Shown: positions 9,035 through 17,464 of the stretch, piece after piece
Position numbering within the stretch: position 1 is the first letter of the stretch
Layout: each line of letters starts with the position of its first letter
NCBI GenBank assembly: GCA_016211165.1
Contig: JACQSU010000016.1
Location: forward strand, 1 to 54,283
Direction: 5' to 3'
Origin: Candidatus Woesearchaeota archaeon
GTDB lineage: Archaea > Nanobdellota > Nanobdellia > Woesearchaeales > JAGWAF01
DNA length: 54,283 nt
The notes under the pieces: generated by a model
The model's database searches: none
What the model saw: only the letters and a program-made list of their open reading frames with translations
What the model was told of the DNA's origin: nothing
Position numbers and translations under genes: made by a program

Positions 9035-10141
9035 ATGGGACGACCTATACAATACAGACGAACACCCCCACCGACGAGATGTGCCCTATGCCAGACACAG
9101 GGCAAGGAGTTGTACCGGTGCTTGTGCGGGGGCAGCGTCGAAGTGATGCATCCTGCATTTCCCAGGCTATCGTGGAGAACAATTCGAGCAAGGCCATTTC
9201 ATCATTGGCGATATCACGACTTCTATATACACATACCCCGACCAATCAGCTTGGGCGAAGGCGGTACGAGCCTGATTCACTCTATTCAAGATCGCGGCCT
9301 GCACTTTAAGATCGAAGGCGACAACCCCACAGGCAGTTTCAAGGATCGAGGCAGCACAATCGAAGTATCCAGCGCGCAAGCGCTTGGCGCTCGGAAGGTT
9401 GTCCTCGCATCCACAGGAAACATGGGAGCCTCCGTCGCCGCATACGCTGCGCGAGGAGGACTGGAATGCACTGTGTATATCCCGCACAACACTACCGAAG
9501 AAAAACTTGGCGAGATGCGAGCGTTTGGCACCAAGCTCGTCAAGGTCAGAGGAGATTACACAAAAGCAGCGGCTACAGCACGAAAGGTCGCAAGAGACAG
9601 AGGTGGATTTCTGTGCGGCGACTATTCGCTGCGACGCGAAGGTGAGAAAAGCATCGCATTTGAACTTGTTGATAGCCTTGGATCGGTTGATAATGTCGTG
9701 GTCCCCATGGGCAATGGAACACTCATCTCATCACTGTGGCAGGGATTTTGCGACCTCGCAAGCGTCGGATTACTTCGCCAGATGCCGCGACTCATCGGCG
9801 TGCAGGCGCAGGGATGCAAGCCGATCGCAGACGCCTTTGTCGGCCGGCACTCGATTAGGACAGTCATGCCGCGCACGATCGCAAGCGCCATCGCCTGCGG
9901 CGACCCGCTTGACGGGGAATTGGCGCTGCGGGCCTTGAGCGCGTCACGAGGAAGAGCGGTCGTCGTGTCTGACAAGGAGATGGTCGTTGCCCGACGAGCG
10001 ATGGCGCGCCACGAAGGCATCGACAGTGAACCAAGCGGAGCAGCGCCGTATGCTGCGTTTGGGAAACTCAAACTACCCAAGGACCAGGTCACGGTCTGTG
10101 TTGTAACCGGGCACGGGCTTAAGGATTTAAAAAACGTTTAA
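9035..10141 (+). CDS. thrC: Threonine synthase
   Basis: PLP-lysine motif GDNPTGSFKDRG, N-terminal Cys cluster (CALC..CLCGG), GNGT loop. ATG 9035 chosen; the longer 8912 (TTG) start would cover TATA-like sequence. Confidence 0.88.
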   Translation: MGRPIQYRRTPPPTRCALCQTQGKELYRCLCGGSVEVMHPAFPRLSWRTIRARPFHHWRYHDFYIHIPRPISLGEGGTSLIHSIQDRGLHFKIEGDNPTGSFKDRGSTIEVSSAQALGARKVVLASTGNMGASVAAYAARGGLECTVYIPHNTTEEKLGEMRAFGTKLVKVRGDYTKAAATARKVARDRGGFLCGDYSLRREGEKSIAFELVDSLGSVDNVVVPMGNGTLISSLWQGFCDLASVGLLRQMPRLIGVQAQGCKPIADAFVGRHSIRTVMPRTIASAIACGDPLDGELALRALSASRGRAVVVSDKEMVVARRAMARHEGIDSEPSGAAPYAAFGKLKLPKDQVTVCVVTGHGLKDLKNV

Positions 10142-10165
10142 TAGGCAAACAACGCCGGAAAGCAT

Positions 10166-11476
10166 ATGCCCTGGAACGCCAACCAAAAGACACTTCTAAA
10201 CAACTCGGCACTCTGGGCTGCCTATGACGGCTTGACTAGCACGTTTATTAGCGCATTCGCTCTTGCGCTTGGCGCATCCAATCTGTGGATCGGCATCCTT
10301 GGCGCAATTCCCTTTGTCGCGACGGCACTCTCCCAGATCCCCGGAGCGTACAGCGTGCAGTTCGTTGCACGAAAAACAATCTACCTTGTGATGACTGGCA
10401 GCAGCCGACTCTTCTGGATTCTTATTCTGCTTGCCCCATTTCTGTTTCCACATAAGGCTCTTGTCTTCATCGCCTTAGCCTACTTCATCGCCAAATTACT
10501 TGAGACATTCGCCGACCCCTCATGGACAACGATGCTCGCAGACATCGTACCGCAACACATCAGAGGACGATACGTAGCAGACCGCAATATCCTTATGGGA
10601 ATCACCGGAGCAGCGGCATACGTCGCAGGAGGACTCCTCCTTGACTGGTTTGAAAAGGAATCAATCGCTGGATTCGCTGTCATCTTTGGCGTAGGAAGCA
10701 TCGTCGGCCTTGCCACCACCCTCGCGATGCGCAACGTCAAGGAGCCCCATATCCACACGCACGAACATTACACAGTAGGCGAGTTCTTCACCATGGACCC
10801 ACTCTTCCGAAGATTCTGCACCTTCGTCTTCGCATTCCACTTTAGCTGGATGATCGTCTCACCATTCTTCACTGTCTACATGCTCAAGAACCTGGGCATC
10901 AGCTACACATACTTCGTGGCCATGATGGCCATCTCAACACTTGCCAAGATAATAAGCCACAGAAAGTTCGGAATTATCGCAGATCGGTTCGGCGATAAAG
11001 CTCTGATGATCATTGTGACAAGTGCCGTGGCGCTCGTTCCCGTGATGTTTTACTTTGTGACCCCGGATACGCTATGGTTCCTTGCCCCTGTCCACATCTT
11101 CTCCGGCATCGCATGGGCAGGATTCGACATCGCCATGCTCAACTTGATGATTGACTTTAGCGATGGGAAAAAAGCGCCTGTGCGCATTGCAGAAGCACAA
11201 ATGGTATCAGCACTAGCGATCATCATCGCGCCGATCATCGGCGGATTCCTCGCTGATCACATTATATGGGTTGTCAGCGGCATTCCCTTCCTGTTCTTGC
11301 TGGGCAGCATGCTACGCATTGTTTCGCTTATGTTTCTCGTTCGATTGCCTGAACCACGCGTCACTGGGGCCCCCTCCGACATCTTTCACGACATCATTGG
11401 ATTTAGACCCGTGGAAGGAATCATCGCCGGCACGCGAAATGTCGGACGCAGACTCAAAGCTTTTATGCCACGATGA
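10166..11476 (+). CDS. MFS transporter
   Basis: About 12 hydrophobic helices and an MFS loop motif (ADIVPQHIRGRYVA). N-terminal region is paralogous to 14274-15776. Confidence 0.85.
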   Translation: MPWNANQKTLLNNSALWAAYDGLTSTFISAFALALGASNLWIGILGAIPFVATALSQIPGAYSVQFVARKTIYLVMTGSSRLFWILILLAPFLFPHKALVFIALAYFIAKLLETFADPSWTTMLADIVPQHIRGRYVADRNILMGITGAAAYVAGGLLLDWFEKESIAGFAVIFGVGSIVGLATTLAMRNVKEPHIHTHEHYTVGEFFTMDPLFRRFCTFVFAFHFSWMIVSPFFTVYMLKNLGISYTYFVAMMAISTLAKIISHRKFGIIADRFGDKALMIIVTSAVALVPVMFYFVTPDTLWFLAPVHIFSGIAWAGFDIAMLNLMIDFSDGKKAPVRIAEAQMVSALAIIIAPIIGGFLADHIIWVVSGIPFLFLLGSMLRIVSLMFLVRLPEPRVTGAPSDIFHDIIGFRPVEGIIAGTRNVGRRLKAFMPR

Positions 11477-11488
11477 ATATTTCTTGAC

Positions 11489-12673
11489 ATGGTCTACGAG
11501 CCTGCTGAAGACACGGAACTGATGGCTGGCTGTGTTCGGAGCGTTGTACGTGGCAGGGTCCTTGATATGGGTTCTGGCAATGGCGAGCAGACAGCAGCCG
11601 CGCTCTCGAATGCCGCCACCACATCAGTTGTCGCCGCGGACATCGACCCTGACGCAATCGCGCATCTGCGCACGCGATTTCGCGACGAGAAGCGCGTGAG
11701 GGTCATCCACAGTGACCTTCTCTACAACGTGAAGAGGCGCTTTGACACGATCATCTTCAACCCGCCATATCTTCCACAAGACAAGGGGATCACTGACATC
11801 CAGATCTATGGCGGCAAGCATGGGTATGAGAGGATCATACACTTTTTGGATCAGGCAGGCAATCATCTTGCGCCCGAGGGGCAGATACTCCTCCTGTGGA
11901 GCTCGCTTTCTAAGCCACGTGTGATACTGGATCACCTTGAGAAGCGCCTGTATACCTATGAAAAGATCGCGGAAACTCATATATCATTTGAGGATCTCTT
12001 TGTGTATCGAATCACCAAGAATAAGGTGCGTGAACGCATCGAGAAGCAGGGGATTCGGAGTCTCATGCCATTTGATCGCGGCAAACGCGGATGGATACTG
12101 ACTGGAATGAAAGGCAAGACAAAAATAGCAATTAAAGTCGCAAATCCAACAAGTGAAGCTTCCGGACGATTGCTTCTCGAAGCACAATGGATGAAACGAT
12201 TGAATCGACACGGGATCGGGCCGAGATTTATCGCATCGGACCCCGATTTTGTGATCTATGCATTTGTCGATGGAACCTTCGTGCTTGACTATCTTTCCGA
12301 GGCAAGCAGGAAAGAAACGCTCGTTGTCGTAGAACAACTCCTTGACCAATGTCGCATGCTTGATACAGTTGGCGTGAGTAAGGAAGAGATGCATCATCCT
12401 GTGAAGCACGTGCTTGTGTCTGATGCTCGCGGCGTGCGCGTGACGCTCATCGACTTTGAACGAACACACCCGGACCCACACCCCAAGAACGTGACGCAAG
12501 TATGCCAATTTGTCAATGGGATGCTTCGAGCGCATCTCTTGAAAGTAGGACTGGAGATTGATTCGGCAACACTGCTTAATCTTGCAAAACAGTATCGTCA
12601 CAGATTCGATGAAACATCGTTTCGCGCCATCAAGGATTACATCCTAAAAAGAGGGGCAAAACCCCTCTCTTAA
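11489..12673 (+). CDS. Mtq2/HemK-related methyltransferase fused to an atypical protein-kinase-like domain
   Basis: N-terminal VYEPAEDTELM, SAM motif LDMGSGNG and NPPY. The C-terminal ~190 aa has a kinase-like G-loop/Lys (KTKIAIKV) and LIDFERT, but HHPVKHVLV replaces the HxDLxxxN loop. Confidence 0.8.
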   Translation: MVYEPAEDTELMAGCVRSVVRGRVLDMGSGNGEQTAAALSNAATTSVVAADIDPDAIAHLRTRFRDEKRVRVIHSDLLYNVKRRFDTIIFNPPYLPQDKGITDIQIYGGKHGYERIIHFLDQAGNHLAPEGQILLLWSSLSKPRVILDHLEKRLYTYEKIAETHISFEDLFVYRITKNKVRERIEKQGIRSLMPFDRGKRGWILTGMKGKTKIAIKVANPTSEASGRLLLEAQWMKRLNRHGIGPRFIASDPDFVIYAFVDGTFVLDYLSEASRKETLVVVEQLLDQCRMLDTVGVSKEEMHHPVKHVLVSDARGVRVTLIDFERTHPDPHPKNVTQVCQFVNGMLRAHLLKVGLEIDSATLLNLAKQYRHRFDETSFRAIKDYILKRGAKPLS

Positions 12674-12680
12674 ACTCCCC
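12646..12680 (+). repeat. Family-A palindromic repeat overlapping gene 3' end
   Basis: aaaaagaggggcaaaacccctctcttaaactcccc; it encodes the last residues (KRGAKPLS*) of 11489-12673. Confidence 0.8.
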
Positions 12681-13051
12681 ATGATCACACCATTCCAACA
12701 ACGCGTGTACGACCTCAGGTGTAAGGGGCAAGAGGTGAAAAAGAGTGGGTGATGGCAAGTAGTGGATTCTTGCCACCACCCCCTACAAGAGGTGATATTT
12801 GATCTACTTGAATTTGTGGAGACGATGTCAGCATAGCCACCCCCGGCTATACGTCATCGCAGTCGTTCCACCCCATGGTTTTTCTGGAGTTCCAGATATT
12901 TAATGGTTTCGTTGGGCGGTTTAGTGTTCGTCCCGTGAGACATGGATCAGATTAAACGATGTTCTTTGCCGTGTGAGGAATGTGTTCTCAGCGTCCTTGT
13001 GATATCTCTTCATGCAAATGATCAAACTTATCAGTTTGAGCAATCAACGCT

Positions 13052-13086
13052 GGGGAGTTTAAAAGAGGGATGAAACCCCGCTTTTT
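13052..13086 (-). repeat. Family-A palindromic repeat (reverse orientation) at tfb 3' end
   Basis: ggggagtttaaaagagggatgaaaccccgcttttt is the reverse complement of the family consensus and abuts the tfb stop codon. Confidence 0.75.
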
Positions 13087-14008
13087 ACTTCTTTTTCTTC
13101 TTGACTTTCTTGATCTCTTTTTCAAGCTCAAGCTCTTCAAGAAGCTCTTTGTAACGGTTTCGGATGGTGACCTCGGTGACACCCGCAATCTCCGCCACTT
13201 CTCGCTGCGTCTTCTTTTCGCCGTGCATCAAGGCAGAGACGTAGAGCGATGCCGCGGCAATGCCTGTCGGACCGCGACCACTGGTGAGCTCTGCTTTTTG
13301 CGCACGTTCAAGAATTTCAACGGCACTGGACTGCGTCTCAGGAGACAATTTGAGTGATGAGGCAAAACGCGCGATGTAATCCGCTGGATTTGATGGCAGG
13401 ATCGTCAGACCGAGCTCTCGCGTGACAAAACGGTACGTGCGGCCAATCTCCTTTTTCTCAATCGAAGAGGCTTCACCAAGCTCATCAAGCGTACGAGGCA
13501 CCTCGTGACGTCGGCACGCAGCATAGAGCGCGCCGGCGACAACGGACTCCATCGAACGACCACGCACCAGACCTCGCTGGACAGCAAGCGTGTAGATGCG
13601 CGCAGCTTCTTCCTCGACTGATTTTGGCAATTTGAGATAGGATGAAACACGCTTGAGTTCGCCAAGAGCAAGCTTTAGATTGCGCTCAATCGCCGTTGAA
13701 ATTCGGTACTGCCATTTTCTTAAGCGAAAGAATTTGGACTTGTCACGCTCACCAAGCCGATACAAGTCAGCCTTTTGACCAACTTCCGTCCCCAAACCCT
13801 GGTCGAACTGGGTGTATGTCATCGGAGCACCGGTTCGACGCTTCGCCTCTGCTTCATCGCCATCGAATTCACGCCATTCACGCTCAAACTCGACCATCTT
13901 CTCCTCGATGACCAAGCCGCAATCACGGCAGATGACTTCGCCTTTCTCACGATTTAGAAATAGATTCATGCCTCCGCACTCGGAGCATTTCTTGACCATA
14001 TGAGCCAT
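13085..14008 (-). CDS. tfb: Transcription initiation factor TFB (TFIIB homologue)
   Basis: N-terminal Zn ribbon (CSECGG..CRDCG), two cyclin-fold repeats, HTH (QREVAEIAGVTEVTIRNRYKEL), K-rich tail. Confidence 0.95.
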   Translation of the reverse strand: MAHMVKKCSECGGMNLFLNREKGEVICRDCGLVIEEKMVEFEREWREFDGDEAEAKRRTGAPMTYTQFDQGLGTEVGQKADLYRLGERDKSKFFRLRKWQYRISTAIERNLKLALGELKRVSSYLKLPKSVEEEAARIYTLAVQRGLVRGRSMESVVAGALYAACRRHEVPRTLDELGEASSIEKKEIGRTYRFVTRELGLTILPSNPADYIARFASSLKLSPETQSSAVEILERAQKAELTSGRGPTGIAAASLYVSALMHGEKKTQREVAEIAGVTEVTIRNRYKELLEELELEKEIKKVKKKKK

Positions 14009-14273
14009 GCGATCCCCTCACATATTCCCCATAACGGTACGCCGTCAGGAGCGTATCATCTACCTACCACCCCATAATCTTAAATAACGGGCAGGGTCTT
14101 CCTATATAAATATTTCGACATTCTTCGACGGCTTTTTCACCACATAACAGTTGTGAAAATTACAAAAAGCGGAAGATATTTAAGATAGTCAGTATACAAA
14201 ATACCATACTAAGAGCGACAAATCGCGTGCCAATCGTTATGGTTGGTGGCAGACACGGATACATTGGGGACAT

Positions 14274-15776
14274 ATGGCATCAACACTACGAAAATCCATC
14301 GACTTGGGATCCAACCTTCGCGCCTCAACCCTTGAGGGGATCTTTGGCGCAGCGATGAGCGGCCTTACAACCTCATTTGTGGCGCCGCTTGCGATCGCGA
14401 TGGGAGCAGGGGCAAGTTCGATTGCCCTCCTAGCTTCCCTTCCAGGCCTTGTCGGCTCATGGGCACAGATAGGCGCCACACATATCCTCGATTTCATCCC
14501 TGACCGCAGACGAGTTATCATCACAAGTTCTCTTGCCCAGGCACTTGTCTGGATGCCACTTGCCATCCTCCCGTTTATGACATCACGCATCCCGCTCCTG
14601 ATCGCATTTGTATGCCTGCACGCGATGCTTGCCAATCTGTACCAACCACTCTTCACAAGCCTCATTGGAGACATCGTCCCGCAAGACAAGAGAGGATACT
14701 TCTTTGCCAGACGCAACAAATATATTACCCTTGTCACATTCCTTGCAATGCTCACTGCTGGAACAATACTAACCGACCTTGAAGGATTCATCGGATTCGC
14801 TATCATCTTTGGCAGCGCAGCCATCGCGCAACTCATCTCGACGTACTTCAAAGCAAGACTTGATAATCCGCCCCAAACCCAGACCACAGGGGCCGCGTTT
14901 GGCATCATCGACTTTCTCACCAAGGGACGCAGCACGGACTTTGGCAGATTTGTGCTATTCGTCTCACTACTCAAATTCTCGGTCAACATCGCAGCGCCAT
15001 TCCTTGCGATCTACATGCTCACAACACTTGGACTTGACTACCTCACGTTCACAATCATCCTAAGTTCGTCCGTGATCTTCAAGTACCTCACAATGGACAT
15101 CTGGGGAAGCATCATCGACCGCGCAGGCAACCGACGAGTGATGCTGGCCACAAGCACATTCGTACCCGCCATAGCACTCGGGTGGACCATCCTCATCAAC
15201 CCGTGGCAACTCTTTATCATCGAGGCCTTAAGCGGCATCGCATGGGCAGGTCTTGACCTTGCCATTAACACCTACATCTTTGATTGCGTAAGCCCAAAGA
15301 ATCGCATCCGATGCAGCGCTTACTACAACGCAATCGTCGGAAAAGCAACGTTCTTAGGCGCCTCGCTAGGGGGAATCATCATCGCATACCTACCCGACCT
15401 TGGGCTTGGCATACCCATCGCATTTCTTGCAAGCGCCATCGCAAGCGCAGGATCGCTTACACTCCTCCGCGGCATTCGCGAGATGCGCCTCGTCTCTATC
15501 AAAGAAGGAACCTCCTTTTTCTTTGATGACGACATCCTCATCTCACCAAAGCGATCCCCACCCCTTGAGATCATCCCAACCCGACGACCAAAACACCACG
15601 AAGGCCCACTCTTAACCCATCCAACCATTATCACACGCAGAATCATACAACCAAGCCCTTACGGAACAGAATATGAACAACAATTTGTGACACGACTAAT
15701 GCGGGGAGTTAAGGATAACAACAATGCCTCAAAAGTAGACGCCCTTTTTACGCGTTTGCACAAGGGAAGAATGTAG
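14274..15776 (+). CDS. MFS transporter with ~90-aa hydrophilic C-terminal extension
   Basis: Multiple TM helices and motif GDIVPQDKRGYFFA, equivalent to that of 10166-11476. Confidence 0.85.
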   Translation: MASTLRKSIDLGSNLRASTLEGIFGAAMSGLTTSFVAPLAIAMGAGASSIALLASLPGLVGSWAQIGATHILDFIPDRRRVIITSSLAQALVWMPLAILPFMTSRIPLLIAFVCLHAMLANLYQPLFTSLIGDIVPQDKRGYFFARRNKYITLVTFLAMLTAGTILTDLEGFIGFAIIFGSAAIAQLISTYFKARLDNPPQTQTTGAAFGIIDFLTKGRSTDFGRFVLFVSLLKFSVNIAAPFLAIYMLTTLGLDYLTFTIILSSSVIFKYLTMDIWGSIIDRAGNRRVMLATSTFVPAIALGWTILINPWQLFIIEALSGIAWAGLDLAINTYIFDCVSPKNRIRCSAYYNAIVGKATFLGASLGGIIIAYLPDLGLGIPIAFLASAIASAGSLTLLRGIREMRLVSIKEGTSFFFDDDILISPKRSPPLEIIPTRRPKHHEGPLLTHPTIITRRIIQPSPYGTEYEQQFVTRLMRGVKDNNNASKVDALFTRLHKGRM

Positions 15777-15823
15777 AACTATGATTCATAACTGCTATAA
15801 TAACACAACAATGGGTGATCCCT

Positions 15824-17017
15824 ATGACACTACGCCTCTTACGAAATGAAGACCTTGCGGAACCTGGCAATGCATCAACATTCCTGCGATTCGTAAACCT
15901 GAACCGACGCAAGAACCTAGAAGATGTCGTCCAACGATTCGCCAACAAAGGCGAACCCCTGCCCCCAGCAGGCGCTGAAGTACACAACAGACCCGTCGCT
16001 GGCATCTACATCGAAACACCCAATCTCGACTCATTCATCACAGACCTCCAGAGGAAATCCTATGTCGCCAATAGGATCACCCTTGTGAGGCCGACATGGG
16101 GCGAAGAACTCCTAGAACAAGACCCCCACTGGACAACACGCCCTGACGGCGCAGTCATACTTGAACGCACATCACCACCCAATGCTCCACGAGCAACATC
16201 CTATGTGATCTTTAAAGCTGTAATGGATGCTGTGCTCGCTGGATTCTACACAGAATCAATCAAACGACACGAACCAGACTGCGCACGTGCGAACCAACTC
16301 ATCACAGAGCACGTCACTGCCAATTACCCGTGGACCAAAACCTCAACCCCCATTGACCTGCGCGACTACAACCCCTGCGATAGGAACTACTTTGACTCGT
16401 TCGGCCCACATGGCATCGACACCCTTCGCCATGTCTACCACCACATCGTCTCCTCGGCCACAGACGAGCGCATCGAAGTCTTTGATGACATCCTGCCCTA
16501 CATCAGCCCGGACAATATGTCCTACATGGGGCCGGATCACCGAGATACCAGAATCATGGGAGCCCGCACCCGCATGTTCCTCGCCCTTGCCAAACGATTC
16601 CCACAAATCACGATCATCGCTGCAAAAGAAACCGTTCACGGACCTCAAAAGGAAGCCACAACAGGCACAAGCAAAGTGATGGGCGCGCGATATAATTCTG
16701 CTTCGCAACAACTTACCGTGTGCGAATCATACCACGTGCTTGCAAGGGACATGACCTACCTTACGCGAAACCTCCCTGCAGGGCTTGCCGCGCGTTTTAA
16801 TCCAAAGCGTCACGTCGTGGCTGAATTCCGCGACCATCGACGAGAGAAAACCTGTGTGGCTGCTGTTGTCGCACTCTACCAGGGAGACCCTATCCAGAAG
16901 GGACCATTGCCCCTTGTATCTGCCGCATTTATGGAAGGACATCCGACAAGCAAACGCATCGAGTACAGCGCCGACTTTAGAAACCACCCTGCCGTCGCAA
17001 CAAGCGGTTGGATCTAA
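15824..17017 (+). CDS. Hypothetical cytoplasmic protein (397 aa)
   Basis: Long ORF with genome-typical codon usage. ATG 15824 lies ~20 nt after TATAATAA (15796-15803), a leaderless-type spacing. The 15815 start is a GTG. No recognised motif. Confidence 0.6.
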   Translation: MTLRLLRNEDLAEPGNASTFLRFVNLNRRKNLEDVVQRFANKGEPLPPAGAEVHNRPVAGIYIETPNLDSFITDLQRKSYVANRITLVRPTWGEELLEQDPHWTTRPDGAVILERTSPPNAPRATSYVIFKAVMDAVLAGFYTESIKRHEPDCARANQLITEHVTANYPWTKTSTPIDLRDYNPCDRNYFDSFGPHGIDTLRHVYHHIVSSATDERIEVFDDILPYISPDNMSYMGPDHRDTRIMGARTRMFLALAKRFPQITIIAAKETVHGPQKEATTGTSKVMGARYNSASQQLTVCESYHVLARDMTYLTRNLPAGLAARFNPKRHVVAEFRDHRREKTCVAAVVALYQGDPIQKGPLPLVSAAFMEGHPTSKRIEYSADFRNHPAVATSGWI

Positions 17018-17064
17018 AAATCGTTTATTGTTCTTCGCTTCGCTCAGAACATAAACGATTTTTT
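17016..17064. repeat. Family-B hairpin repeat (AAAATCGTTTAT..loop..ATAAACGATTTT)
   Basis: aaaaatcgtttattgttc-ttcgcttcgctca-gaacataaacgatttttt overlaps the stop codon of 15824-17017. Confidence 0.8.
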
Positions 17065-17066
17065 GA

Positions 17067-17102
17067 TATATAGCCAGTTCATTATATAATTGAACTTTTG
17101 TT
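17067..17102 (+). mobile_element. Family-C MITE-like element, 5' half only
   Basis: tatagccagttcattatataattgaacttttgtt is nearly identical to the reverse complement of 36191-36224. No second terminal arm was found. Confidence 0.55.
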
Positions 17103-17170
17103 TCGACTTTGCGCACACACGTACCCGAGGTACGTGTTGTATTCCCCTTTGCAGGTGAAACCCCCTTTTT

Positions 17171-17335
17171 TCACATCGCCCTGGCTTCAAACGTCTTGGT
17201 GTAGGGGTTGTACTTCGCTTTGAGCACGGCGGAGAATCCTTTTTTGTAAAACCCAGCCTTGATATGGGAAAATCCCTTGCCGCCCACAAAGAGATTGTTG
17301 TCGCTAAACACTGAAATGTTTTTGAGGGATTGCAT
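17171..17335 (-). CDS. Small hypothetical protein (54 aa)
   Basis: ATG 17335 is preceded by GGAGGTG at 5 nt. The longer 17524 version crosses the neighbouring promoter and the start of the next gene. Confidence 0.45.
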   Translation of the reverse strand: MQSLKNISVFSDNNLFVGGKGFSHIKAGFYKKGFSAVLKAKYNPYTKTFEARAM

Positions 17336-17416
17336 CGGACACCTCCAAAAAATCCTCGCTGCGCGCGGATTTTCTTGCGTATATCCCCATAGGCAAAACG
17401 TATTTTTAAGTGCTAA

Positions 17417-17443
17417 CTTTACAAAAATGTAAAGTTTATATGG
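17417..17443 (+). promoter_or_regulatory. 7-bp-arm palindrome abutting a TATA box, upstream of 17465 (candidate operator + leaderless promoter)
   Basis: ctttaca-aaaa-tgtaaag is directly followed by TTTATAT (17435-17441). ATG 17465 lies ~23 nt downstream. Confidence 0.5.
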
Positions 17444-17464
17444 AGGAGTGCCTATGGATCGGGC

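Noticed and set aside
9384-10092. ORFs 9384-9938(+) and 9622-10092(-) inside thrC, 53160-53774(+) inside rpoA', and 11984-12601(-) inside the methylase-kinase gene
   Set aside because: These are alternative-frame or antisense ORFs within genes that have strong motif support. Their R/S/P-rich composition is typical of off-frame translation at this G+C content.
12681-13051. Calling this spacer RNase P RNA or SRP RNA
   Set aside because: The conserved CR-I (GGAAAGUCC) and helix-8 motifs were not found on either strand. It is kept only as a low-confidence ncRNA candidate in the findings.
14237-14989. 250-aa minus-strand ORF
   Set aside because: It is entirely antisense to the MFS transporter gene 14274-15776. 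It is a shadow ORF with R/S/A-rich, low-information sequence and no start context.
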